DNA from: Spizellomyces punctatus DAOM BR117
Taxonomy: Eukaryota
Strand: one strand, 5' to 3'
Length of the DNA: 64,000 nucleotides
Assembly: GCA_000182565.2 (NCBI GenBank)
Contig: KQ257451.1
The notes under the pieces are model-generated. The model ran no database searches. It was not told the origin of the DNA and was given only the letters and a program-made list of their open reading frames with translations. The position numbers and the translations under genes were made by a program. Shown in pieces: positions 51,931-64,000 of this stretch; within the stretch, counting starts at the first letter, position 1, and every line of letters begins with the position of its first letter.

Positions 51931-53133
51931 ATGGCTGTCCGAGCTGGTGCAGATGACTTGGTGAAGATCACAAATTGTAATTATCTATTGTAGCAAAAAC
52001 TCGTTGCATTGTTGGTTAGTTTTCTCATCATTGGACACGGCTTTTTAGTCACACGACAAGATATAGAAGTACTTCAGCACCGCTTCATCGGGCTCCTTCC
52101 ACCACAACAGTCACCAGGCATAGGAAGCGATCGTGACCCATTGGCGGCATTATACGCAGGAAAGATTGATCGTGCTCGCTTTCGGGACTTGTTGGCAGAT
52201 GTGTTTGGGGTCGATGACTCGCTCCTGATGGACAGAGGTATTTTGCACAGTTTAAGACAAGTTGGGAACTATCTGGTTTCCCCTGATCTGTTGACGGACG
52301 TCGGATGAATGTTCATTATGCTGATTTTTTCATTCTTCATCATAGTTTTTCGATCATTCGATACAGATGCGGACAACTATATCTCATATGAAGAGTTCAT
52401 CCGAGGAATGTCAGTTTTCCTGAAAGGCAGACCAGAGGAACGTGCGCGTTTCTGTTTTCGAGTATACGATCTGAACGGTGATCGGTACATATCAAAGGAG
52501 GAGATGTTCCAGATGTTACGTAATTGTCTCGTACGTGGCCAAGAGGAAGATGAAGACGGTGTCAAGGATCTGGTAGATCTGGTCCTGAAGAAGCTGGACG
52601 AGGACAGGGACGGACGGGTGAGCGAAAGCGACTGGGCTACTGTAATTGGAAAAGAGAACCTATTGATGGAAGCGTTTGGACAATGCCTGCCGCGAAAAAA
52701 GGTAATCAGTGCACGCGAGAAGCACAAAGAGGTATTCCTGCGACAAACAACTAAATCAAAATGCCTCATTCAGACAGTGGAGCGATACTTGAGTCCAGCA
52801 TCAGAAAAAGATGGCGTGACTGGTAGTAAACTGGTCCGGCTGTCTCTAACTGCCCCTTATCCATCCTACCCACTCGCCGCTCGCCTCACTACGGGAGCGC
52901 TTGGAAGTAGTACGGCGAGTCTCACAAGTGAGCTGGGTACAGATGCAGTGGAGCCAGTTCAACTCAGACATGGGCATGCCCCGGCACAACGCAGAATGAT
53001 TGCCGGTCGTACAAAGGACTCGCACAGCTCAGCAAGCACGGTGCCGCGGATGTCCGGTGTTGCAGGCGGCAATGCTAGCAATCATTCCGCACAACCGATC
53101 CAGGGTAAAAAGGGTCGTGTAGTTGCCCTCTGA
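51931..53133 (+). CDS. EFCAB1: Calaxin (EF-hand Ca2+ sensor of outer-arm dynein docking)
   Basis: IDRARFRDLLADVFGVDDSLLMDR|VFRSFDTDADNYIS, FCFRVYDLNGDRYISKEEMFQML, GVKDLVDLVLKKLDEDRDGRVS, LLMEAFGQCLP. Carries a C-terminal extension. Confidence 0.9.
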
Positions 53134-53207
53134 ATGTACTTGTTTAGGTGATGTTGATGTGACAAGTGTGAATATGACTTACAAGCATTTCACCATTCTC
53201 GCTGAAG

Positions 53208-54051
53208 CTACAGCAGCTTGAGATGGCCTGTTAACTCAGTTGTCGTACTTTCCGGGCCTGTAGATATCTTTAGTCACTCGCATACAGTATGGTTGTTTAT
53301 GGTGCATTGTACCTATGATGGCCAGCACCGTGAGCGATCCCCGGGGCACCTGTGTTCTCCCAGCATCCTTGACCATCTTTATTGGCAGACCCTTCTCCAG
53401 CGCGGACTTTTGGATCTGAATCCTTATAGATGAGGCGGAAGGGAGGTCAGGGTCGGGAAAGGCAAATAGTTCTATCTGATAGGGGATAGGCACCGCAGGA
53501 ACCAATTCTTTGATGTTCATTGCAGCGAGACCACCAGCTATACTTTGATACATACATGGACTTTTCATCGTCACATTTCAGGGCGATCTTCATTTGTCCG
53601 CTTGCTTCCCATTGTCGTACCCAATCTGCCCACTGGCCACGTGTGAATATCACAGCAATCGTCCATGACCAGCGTACGTGAAAGAACCTGTTTTGTCCCC
53701 CGAACCGCCTCCTTCCAGCACCCGAGAGCAGCGTGAGCACATTGAGCGGCGACCTTTCCTTTACCCATTTTTAGATCTTGCCTCACAATGAGGACCTAAG
53801 CACAGGGTAGTTGACTGATTGTTAGATTAATTGCGCACAGCACACTGTTGAACAAAGGAAACAATGACCATCTTTTGCTTTTCCATTCGTTGCAAGGTCA
53901 ACGTGCTGTATGAAGCACATTGTTTATTTAGCACAATGCAAGAAAGAAGATAGCCAAGCACCATCCCAAAAAGGATAAAAATGATAGGCGATAACAGAAA
54001 GCAGTGCTCATGCCAAAAAGCAGAAACCATGTTCGGCAAATAATCTGTCAT
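53208..54051 (-). CDS. PTH2: Peptidyl-tRNA hydrolase 2 with N-terminal TM anchor
   Basis: KM|VLIVRQDLKMGKGKVAAQCAHAA, W...GQMKIALK, VKDAGRTQV..GSLTVLAI, LTGHLKLL*. Hydrophobic segment IIFILFGMVLGYLL near the N-terminus. Confidence 0.92.
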
Positions 54052-54283
54052 GATGTCTAGGGAAGGTGCAATGGCACTACCAACAGGTGTGTCGGCGACA
54101 GACAGCAGACGTTTGAACCATAGTAAATGGTTGCAGTGACATTGATTCCAACCCATTTAATGCAGGTGAAGTCGCGTAACTAAGCCACTCCAGCCATGGC
54201 CTCCTGGCAAGGAAGGACGAAGAAGGGGCAGTGGGATATCGTAGGGGCGTAAAGATTAAATACAATAGATCATATTTTCAGTT

Positions 54284-57200
54284 CTATTCGTCAGAGTCGC
54301 TCTGCAGCAAAATGGATATCTTCTTCCTATCTGTACCCAGTAGAGCAACTGTGCCTCGTGGACCATTAGATGTTAAAGAGAGAGGATCGGTCTCTAATGC
54401 CGCACTGGCCTCCACAGGGATCAGAGGTATTCTATCGAGCGTCTACATGAAAGCAGAAATAAGTATCGCCCGAGCAGTGACGAACGTAAAGGACTTCACC
54501 TACAATGGTTTGGATATATGCATTCAGAATACTCATTTTCTCGGTTCCGTCATAGAATGTCGACGCCCGAGAAAACTCCAGATCGCGATATCGCAATGTT
54601 GATACCTGCGATTCTGACTCTGCGATGCCTGTAGAATTGCCGGCTCAGTCTATAGCGAAAAGGATATCCGCACAGACTACCCATATTTGACTAACCGGTA
54701 GCTGTCCGACTTCTGTGAATCATTATGGCGATGTCATCGTCAAAGATTTCATGAAACTCGACGCTAACGTCATTTCCATCGCCGGTAGCAAGTCTAACGC
54801 AAGCAACGTCTAGGTCGTACGTTTGATACACTGATGGTTTCGGTGTTCGGGACTCAGGCAATGAAGTAGTCGTCGCGGAGTGTCGTATAACCCAGACTGG
54901 CAGCCAAAAGTTAGAATCACTCAGTAGAGTCCCAAGGCGTGCACTTACACAGAGGAATTGTCTGGTCACCAATATTGTGCCGAATACTTAAGGCTATATA
55001 GCGCAGTCCCTCTACCTGCACGCCAGAAATGTTAAATGCCACATCTCAATTGGTGCTACCAAACGAAAGATTGTATGTACCTCTCGTGAGTACTTCGCTG
55101 AGAGGAAGTGGGTCATGCCGACATCGCTCGATGTTGAGTCATCAACTACCTCGCATAGTCGGATGCAGCCAGCAAGTGCGACTGGTTTCCAGTTTAGCGT
55201 ATGTGTCACAGGCCAAATCTTCGTGGCATTCGAAGCTAGGTTCTGGAATAGCCGTGGCAATTGTGGTTCCTTTACAACCTCATCAGCTGTAGCACCTACG
55301 AGACTGAAGTTTTAAGGATTAACCACTGTCGTGTAACCATATGCACACCATAGGCCTGACCTTTCTGAGGCATCGGCCGCAGAATCAAAGAACTCGTGAA
55401 AGGGGTCAGAGATGAGGTGGTTCCGGATGTAGTTTGACACCTTGCTAATGTTCGCCGCTTCAACTAAAGGTGTGATATGCTCAGATCCAATATCATGTTC
55501 AAGATTTTGACAAACTACGTCATATTAGTACTGGACATTGCGCCACATCGCCAAAATCTCAGATACCTGTATTGAGCCACTTGATGAACTCTCCGAAGTG
55601 GTCTGCCGCGTCAAGGGTGCGCAACTGTAGCGAGTTTACACGCATTGCAAGTCCGCGGCAAGAGTCAATGCACTCTTCGATCGCGCTCCTCGTTAGTTCC
55701 AAAACCCCAAAGTTGTGTCCCCTAAATCAGTCAAAGATAGTTGTGTAGCCAAACACTAAACTTTTCGGAAGTCATACTGACGTACCATGTCCCTATTGCC
55801 TTGAGCTCATCCAAGTGCATGAGGAGTCGCTCTACCGCTGGCATGATATGGAGGCAAGATAGCCTTTGCAGACTTTGGTAACCAGCATCGAATGTTTTTT
55901 GCCAAACTTTAAGAGCCTAGGTGAGTGCATTAAGTTGTAAGCACAGGTAGTACGAAGACAAAGCAAATTGCTTCAAATTCGTACTTGGTTGTGGTTCAAC
56001 TTTTGGGTGAGGTATTGTTCAAGAATCATACTTGGGATTCCACACAAAAGAAGATGGAGCAGCTCCCCACGTAAGTTTGACTCGACTTGGTAATGAGTGT
56101 CAGTTCTTGCGAAGTCATCCCGATAAAGGTCCATAACTTACCACCGTGTTCCTCTATTATGTTGTTGAAGGCTTTCAGTTGACCGTCTGATTCTTTCATT
56201 ATTGTTTCGTTCTCCCTTTGCATGGCTTGGAGAGCTGTGTCGAGATATTCTACCAAGGAGTCCACTTGGGCTAGGTGAGACGCTACTGATCGCAGCACTT
56301 CTCTATGTTCCAGTAGTAATCGATGATCGAATTGTATAAGTGACAGTTCTCGTAATGAGGTAATAGGATCGTTGTCGGCGACAAGAACAAATGTAGACGC
56401 GAGATCGGAAGTTGACCAAATATGGGCGATACTGGGATTCTAACCGCCATATGAAGTGTCACTAAGCCGCAGAGATTTGCACAAGGGTGCTTGGAGATCA
56501 TACTTTCAAGTTCAGCTCGGTGTAAGATCGCAGTGCTATAACACCCGCCGGCAAACGACCTGCAATGCTACCCAAGCAGATGTTAAAAAGTACGCTACGA
56601 ACGATTGCGAAGGGTGTAAGGCATGCGCCACCTAAGTTGAACTGTAGTGTCCGCGTCTAACACATTTAGCATGTCGAGTTCGGATGTATCGTTATTCGCT
56701 GCACTCCAACATGCACTAGGGGAGGCAGTATTGAGGTTAATGACAACAGGCTACCATTTTTACGGCTTCCAATTTCAACTTACTCGGCCAAATCTCTATT
56801 AGAAGTACTTGACATCAAACTGGGTAAACGACCAAGAGCCCTTGCGGGTAGTCCAGCGAAAAGCTATATTTGCAATATGGAGATAAGTGGTAAAGCAAAA
56901 TGATATTGTAATTGATCTTACTCCTATGTACCCTGCCGCATTTCCCCAGAAACTTTTGGCGCACCCATTCCAGGGAAACTATTTGACAGTGGTCGGCGTT
57001 GAAAACGTGCAATGCCGCACCAGACTCAACTTCGAAAAGATGCACAGATCCAGTATCCCATCCTATAGCTATCACTTTGCCTAAAGAGTTTCTCAACGTC
57101 AGCATGTAGGCACTATTGGAATTGCGTTAGAGGTCGCTACCGTCCGATCGCCAAGCCACTGTCTCTGTTTGGGCCCCAGAACGGAGCTGCGGGATAGAAC

Positions 57201-57342
57201 AAACTCGCTCCCAAGGGACTCTAAAGATGTCCACTTCATTTGTATCATAAAGCACCGCCAGTAAGTCCTTGTTGGGGCACCACCGGAGCAGCTTGATTGC
57301 TTGGTGGAAGCTTTCGTCAGTCCAGGTCTTGAAGGTTATCAT
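54284..57342 (-). CDS. APC4: Anaphase-promoting complex subunit 4
   Basis: WD40 start WCPNKDLLA...VAWRSD|GKVIAIG...VHLFEVE, helical domain LKVWQKTF...HIMPAVERLLMHLDEL, FIKWL, and a C-terminal propeller (NGPRGTVALL). Confidence 0.85.
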
Positions 57343-57453
57343 TGCAAGGTGATGGACGGAAAATGGCTGGAAAGCTTGAACGCGTCCTACTAGAGGTTGA
57401 GCATGGTTGGTCCCAGCCGCCGTCACCATCCGTCTTGACAGCAACCCGAAGAC

Positions 57454-57815
57454 ATGGCAAGCCCCCGTTCGGTATGTGTCTTATGCAAATATATTGTACC
57501 AATTGCGTCTCATTCACTGTGGTCACAAAATAGATAAACGTACTTTACTTCGCCGGTGCGAAGGATGCATCGGGGGTCACGGAGGAGATTTTCGAGATAC
57601 CCCCAGGGCAAGAAACCATTAGAGTACCACAGTTGATACAAGCTCTTAGTAACAAACATCCACCCCTGCTGAAAGTATTCGAGGCGGCTATATTGGCCGT
57701 GAATATGGAGTATGTAGATCGGGACGGGAAGTTGACTGAAGGGGAAGGGAACCGGATTGTAGAAGTCAAGGCGGGGGATGAAGTCGCAATCATACCGCCT
57801 TTGAGCGGAGGTTAA
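57454..57815 (+). CDS. MOCS2A: Molybdopterin synthase sulfur-carrier (small) subunit, MoaD/CnxG
   Basis: MASPRS|INVLYFAGAKDASG...LAVNMEYV...GDEVAIIPPLSGG* with a C-terminal diglycine. Confidence 0.92.
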
Positions 57816-58075
57816 GCCTGCTATCCATAAATAAACATATCATAGGTGGAGTGGGGAGACTGTCAAGACCGTGTAGCTCAAGATACTCCTCAGACTGCTG
57901 TGGAATGGGTACATAATCAAGCTGGCCAGAACTGCCTTTATTAGATTGCTTTGTCATTCCTTATGCCACATCTCATCATCAGCTCCCTTTGAAGGACAGT
58001 CGCCGAGTCTAACTGGTATGAACAGGCCATGTGACGCTATCAGCTTGGTTGCGCATGTCGGTCGGCTCTCATTCG

Positions 58076-61000
58076 TTAATACCTCCTTAGGCTATACCCT
58101 AAAGAACTTCCTGACGCCGCCAGACTTTGACTGAGGGAGCCCCTCATAGAGCTCCTATGGAAGGATTCCGACTCAACACCTGCTCCTGGTGGACTTCGGT
58201 GACGTGATAACCGGCTGAACCGTCCAGTTGAGGGACCTCCTTCCACCACGGACGTCAACTCAACGGCTTTGCCTCCAACGTTGAGTAGACTGAAGGACGG
58301 GAGTTAGCCGGGACAGTAGTGTGATCTGCTCGCCATCCAGAACCCACCCTATGTATCCGCTAGCCTCCTCCCTGATATAATGAGCAAATAGGCAAACCGT
58401 ATGGAAAACGTCGTTTCTCCCCTTTGTGAGCGTACGTTAGCGGCAGCTGATCCATCTTCATATCCTGTATGTACCTACCGAATAAATATCATATACAGTG
58501 CCCTCCACCACCACATGAAAATGCGGTGGCCACTTGGTGTAGTGTCGTATCTGAATGGTGTGAGAGGGTCCTAGGTTGAGGTAGTACCTTCATCAGTCTC
58601 GTCCATGATGCACATCCCAGTGGGAGACGTCTTACTGACCTGGCTTTGAGCCAATGGGTATAAAGAATTTGCTGCTGAAAGGGAAGTTGCCGTATGTTGC
58701 AAAGTTTTCTCCCGGCATCATCTCATCCATAAACCGACAGAATAAGTGCATCACGAGCTGCATCCAGGGAGCAGTGTCACTGACATTCGGGAACCAACTT
58801 GTACAAGAAGACATTTACCTGCGCATCTGTGGGTTGCTTGTCATTTGACCAAGGCTTCCCTTCCATATCCGAGCCGCCGTTCCACTGATACATAGCAAGG
58901 TTGTTACCTTTGGCCAGTACTGTGCAAGAATGTAAATATCCGACTCGGTCCGTAAAGTGAGAAATGTCGCTACTCGTTACTTACTTTTGATTCTTTCGAC
59001 GATATATCCACGACAATTGAATTCCGGGAGCGTCAAATGGTTTTCCAATTTCAAGCGCTCTTGAACGACCAGATTCTACGATAGGGTCTAAGTCTCGTAA
59101 CTTTCACATATTAGGTACAGTGGCAAGGCAAGAACGTTACCTTTCTAAGCTTCTGGCTGATGTCATAGAGCGTCGGGTACTTCCCATCAACAGATTGAGT
59201 AGAGACAGACGTAGAACCGAAGAGGGATGAATTCGGCGCTAAAAAATTGCAGAGAAGTACAGGAAACAGTGGGTAACACAAAACACCAAGCATTGCGAAT
59301 TAAAAGTGGCATTGTACCTCCAGTAGTGGAAGCTGTTATTGCTTCCATAGCCGCCATATTCGCAGCCATTAGCCCCGCTTGCATAGTGGCTGAACCGCAC
59401 TGGAGATGATCCAGTCCAAGTTCACTAAAATAGTAATCGGATAATTCTATCCTTCGAGCGAGGGGTTTCACTACTTTCGTCGCAAGCCACTAGAGTGAAA
59501 AGAATGTCAGAGCCATGTATAAAGGTTACATAATAAGTAATCGTGAAGAACCTTTCGGGCATTTTCTGTCCACTCGTCTATGTAGCTTCCAACATTCCAT
59601 TCATCCAATGTCTTCAAGATATGTTAGCAAGCATAATGAGGGTAGACAGCATATGACGGCGTACCTTTTGTGGCTCTTTCACGACAATTCCATCTTCAAT
59701 CCGCTCTTGGACCTTAGAGGGCGTGGAGGTCTTCGAGGCCACTTGGAATTTCGGTACAGCTGGGGTAGATAATGCTGCAATCGACAATGCAGAGGCACCC
59801 GATCCTATGTCTTCTTGCCAGCCACCTTCTGTAATCATCCGTCAGTTCCAGCTTCCGACTCCAACTATCATTCATCTTTGCAGCCCGTCACGCACCTGTC
59901 GAGACACCATCCCTATGCTCACGGATTGCTAACATGTCATCTAAGGCGCGACGATCTCGGACGGGCTCCGCGCGCATACCGGCTAAATTGTAAAAACTTA
60001 GCCCCTCACATATAGCAAGAATGCAATCCGCTGCCCGTACCTGGAGACGTGGTCAGCCTGTACGTCGCAAGAGGAGACACTGGTGAGGGAACAGCAGTTT
60101 GAGACCGCGGGTGCCGGCGAGCGGACGCATAGGATGGCCTGAGAATGGAATCAATCATAAATGCTACAGTTCCATCCGTACAGATCCAAAGGACAACCCT
60201 ACGTTGCGGGAATATGATCGCGGCTTCTTTGCGCGGGGGAGACTGGGCTGGGACGCTGGGCCTGGACATACATCAAACAAGATCGTTACACGAAGACGGT
60301 GAGTAGCAACATACCGGCGAGCTCTTCGTTTCGAAGCGAGGTTTGATTACATCAGCAAACTTTCTCTGGCTCTCTGTGAGAGATCGGGCTAAAAAAACAA
60401 CCACATATTAGAAACCGGTCCAAATGCCTGACTTCCTATCGCATCCATACTGTCGGGATTAAGCCCAAGCATGCGTCGTTGGGCTGGACTTAACGCGTAA
60501 TCAGCGAACGTGTCTGGCGGGGCGAAGAACTTCACGAGCAGATGGTAAACGTTCAGCGCCATAAGAATTGCTCCCGCAACTATCGCATATAATATTAGCA
60601 AGTTGTTGCTGTAGTCGAGAGCGATCATGAACGGATATCATACACGGTAAGTAGGCCACCCAGGACCACTGTTCAGGAAGGGCGTTCTGGAGAAAGCTGC
60701 GTGATGCAAAAGATTTGCTGTTTTGGAAATGTCGCAAAGGTATTTGCCAAATACTACTTTCTTACCGGTACCAGCCTGTCAGATAGCTCAGCAAGAATAC
60801 GAAGAGAACGGAGCCGTTCCACACAAGCTTTCGATAGTCTAGATCAGTGAACCCAGCTTGTGCAAATCGTTTCGACACCTCTTTGACAGCGGGATGTTCC
60901 CATCGCAAGGGAGATTGCTGTTCCTTTGCCAGTTTCGAATAGGGCTCCCGGCTAAGTCGTGGGGATGTCGATGAGAGCGGTACAGAATCCAACGCTGGAG

Positions 61001-61313
61001 CGTCCCCGGAACTAGCAGGGTTTTGAGCTGGATTTGCAATCCAAGTTCCAGACGAAGGTGTCCCAGATTGTGGTCGATTTTGCAGTTGCTCCTCTTGTGA
61101 TGAGATAGTGGTTTGTGAGAAGCCTGTACGGGGAGGCGAGTAGCTTGTCTTTGGAGTGTGAACTGCCGAATATGGGGATGTTTGAAAAGGCGATCTATCA
61201 GGTGAAGAGGAAGCTGACGCTCGTCGAAACGAAAAGCCATCCTGCGACCGAGAAAATAGGTGATTTGAGCTTGATGGCGTACCACCCGCGGCCCGCGGTG
61301 AAGGACGGTACAT
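58076..61313 (-). CDS. TMEM209: Nuclear-envelope membrane protein TMEM209/POM34-like
   Basis: WEHPAVKEV, two TM helices, LSPAQRRMLGL, then YIVERIK|ILAKG...YQWNGG...PTDAQ|LVMHLFCRFMD, PPHFHVV, GRNDVFHTVCLF. Confidence 0.8.
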
Positions 61314-61593
61314 TGTCGTGGCTGCTGGGCTTTGGCCAAGGTTGCAGTTGTTAGACAAATCGCGTCCCCAACAGCAACTTGGTTTGCTTGACTGCGCCAT
61401 TTTTCCAGAAAAGGTTATATAGGTATTGCATGTCCGAACCCTCGTCCGGAATCTTTGCATAAGCAGCCAAACTTTTCCCACACCAGTTGGCCTTTACATC
61501 TTGAGGTTTTCACTGTTGGCAAAACCGCGTGTCGGTCATTCAAGAATTTTGCCCTTATTACGTTGGAAGGGCCGAAAGTAAATCGCTTTCAGC

Positions 61594-64000
61594 ATGTCGA
61601 GCAGCGAGGACTGGGATGACTTTGGTGCCAAGCCTAAGGTGAGAGATTTCGCCCGCTAGATCTGTATGAAAGGCCGGTTTTATTCTGCAAATGCTCCTTT
61701 GGGAATCACGGTCAACACCTTACATACTTTCAATCTTGAATAATCTGACCGCCTACGGCAGGCCGTTAAGAACGCGACGGTCTCCAAAATCGCGAAGGCC
61801 CCACCTAAAGCGAAGCCACGCACAACAGGGGCAACTAAAAAGAAGCCGGCCTTGGGTGAATCGAACTCTTTCTTGGATGCGGAAGAGGATATTGCTCCAG
61901 CTGCTAACAGCAGAAAGGCGTCTTCAACAGACGTAGAAACAAAAACAGTCGAAGAGGTAGGGACGTTCAGCGACACTCAACCACCAACAAACATTAAACT
62001 CTTCTCTGGAGTAGATTTACCAAAAGAAAACTCAACTCGAGCACATTCTTATTCGGCCGGATACGTACATTGGATCCGTGGAAAGTCAAACGGTCCCTAT
62101 GTGGGTATTTGAAGACGATAAGATGGTATGGCGGAATGTCACATTCGTTCCTGGTCTCTACAAAATCTTCGACGAAATCATTGTCAACGGTAATCTAGTA
62201 TGTACTTGATTCGCACTAGAAACTCAGTGATATTCATGATCTGCTTGCATTTTAGCGGCCGACAACAAGGTATCAACATTTCGGATCTGGTATCTTGGTA
62301 GCCTCACGCACTTATCTTTGTTTGCAGGTTCGAGATCTCTCTATGGATGTCATCAAAGTAAACATTGACAAGGAGAACAATATGATATCCGTATATAACA
62401 ACGGTCGAGGAATTCCGATAGAAATGCACTCGAAGGAACAAGTCTATGTTCCGGAATTGATCTTTGGACACCTACTTACATCGTCGAACTACGATGACAA
62501 TCAAAAGAAGATAACGGGTGGAAGGAACGGTTATGGAGCTAAATTATGTAACATATTCAGTACTGAATTCATAGTGGAAACGGCGGATTCCGTAACAGGA
62601 CGGAAATTTACTCAAGTGAGCTAGCAAAACAAGCAAACAAGCTGTTGCACAAGAGGTTCTGACTTTTTATTTTCAGATATTTTCAGAAAACATGAGCAAG
62701 AAGGGCGTGCCCAAGACTACGAGTAATCCCCGGGGAGAGAATTACACTAAAATTACTTTCAAGCCCGACCTCGCCAAATTTGGCATGTCCACCATCGATA
62801 ACGATTTCGAAGCCTTGGTTAAGAAGCGCGTCTATGATTTGGCCGGTTGCATTCGCGGCGTTAAGGTCTTCTTGAATGACGCCCGCCTGAAAGTCAAAGA
62901 CTTCAAGGAGTATGCAGAATTGTACGTTAATAGTGCTACACCCGCTGGCGCGGTTGGCAAACCGACTATCATTTACGAACGCCCCAATGAACGGTGGGAA
63001 GTGGCTTTCACCATCAGCGATGGTCAATTTCAGCAAGTTAGTTTTGTCAACTCCATCTGTACGATGAAAGGTGGAACACACGTGAACCACGTCGCCGATC
63101 AACTTGTTGCGAGTTTAATAGAAGCAGTAAAGAAGAAAGACAAGAAAGGTGTGCCGCTCAAGCCATTTCAGGCGAAAAACCATTTGTGGCTATTTGTCAA
63201 CTGTTATATCGAAAATCCGGCGTTTGATTCGCAAACCAAGGAAAACATGACCTTGCGTCAAAGCAGCTTCGGTTCCAAATGCAATATCTCAGAAGACTTC
63301 ATGAAAAAAGGTTTGATCAGAGAACACAAGATTGCCATTTCCCTATTGTTATTCCTGACCGCTTTCCGATAGTTCTCAAGTCCGGTGTGGTGGACAACAT
63401 CTTGAGTTTCGCCAGATTTAAGCAGGACCAGCTCCTTAAGAAAACTGATGGAGTCAAGAAGACCCGTATTACGGGAATGGCTAAACTTGACGATGCAAAT
63501 AATGCGGGAACTCGCAACGCACACAAGTGTACGCTAATTCTCACGGAAGGAGATTCAGCCAAGTCACTCGCTGTCAGCGGTCTTTCTGTTGTCGGTCGTG
63601 ATAACTTTGGGGTTTTCCCCTTACGAGGCAAATTGCTGAATGTTCGCGAGGCATCCCATTCGCAAATTACTCAAAATACCGAAATCAACGCCATCAAACA
63701 GATTTTGGGTCTACAGCATGGAAAAGTGTACACCAGTACCGACAGTTTAAGATATGGGCATCTTATGATTATGACTGATCAAGTGTGTATCCATCTAGTG
63801 TGGCATCATTTCTTCATGACTAATGATATCCCTTTTCGTCAATGCTTAGGACCATGATGGTTCTCATATTAAGGGACTGATTATCAACCTACTGGACCAC
63901 TTCTGGCCTAGCTTGTTAAAAGTGCCTGGTTTTCTTCTCGAATTTATTACACCCATTGTGAAAGTGAGCTATTCATTTAGCGCCGCATTACCACTACAAC
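61594..64000 (+). CDS. TOP2: DNA topoisomerase II, 5' part (runs off the window end)
   Basis: IYQKKTQLEHILIRPDTYIGS, GLYKIFDEIIVNAADNK, GHLLTSSNYDD, GGRNGYGAKLCNIFS, LILTEGDSA, PLRGKLLNVR, MIMTDQ|DHDGSHIKGL. Confidence 0.98.

Noticed and set aside
54658-54667. ATATCCTTTT on the minus strand in APC4
   Set aside because: It sits in the pyrimidine tract of a short GT-AG intron; the upstream frame is closed by TAG and no U12 branch follows.

Overview
Gene-dense eukaryotic (fungal) DNA with many short GT-AG introns carrying CTRAC/CTAAT branch points, so the ORF track breaks most genes into fragments. I rebuilt about 25 spliced genes by hand. Fungal-type genes (IPI1, TFG1, a STE7-type MAP2K, a GDS1-type winged-helix protein, an MCP1/DUF1691 protein) occur with motile-cilium/centriole genes (DNAAF1, LRRC49, calaxin/EFCAB1) and a WNK kinase. 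This points to a zoosporic fungus, probably a chytrid (inference). Other genes: RMI1, a small TPR protein, an arrestin-domain protein, VAC14, acetoacetyl-CoA synthetase, aspartyl aminopeptidase, a UPF0014/FetB-type permease, PTH2, APC4, MOCS2A, TMEM209/POM34, the 5' part of TOP2 and four coiled-coil proteins. Main observations: (1) a textbook U12-type AT-AC intron in VAC14 (23083-23153); (2) an ATG-only first exon with two in-frame acceptors in aspartyl aminopeptidase, adding or removing a mitochondrial-presequence-like segment, plus a possible readthrough tail; (3) a TA-flanked, TIR-bounded MITE 51 bp upstream of the UPF0014 gene; (4) a WNK with a changed chloride-pocket motif and a SAM-like tail; (5) an MPHOSPH9-like C-terminus that includes a 6-nt microexon. 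I found no rRNA, tRNA or CRISPR, and no clearly new multi-gene system. Gene coordinates are start-to-stop spans including introns, and family calls come from recognised motifs, not database searches.
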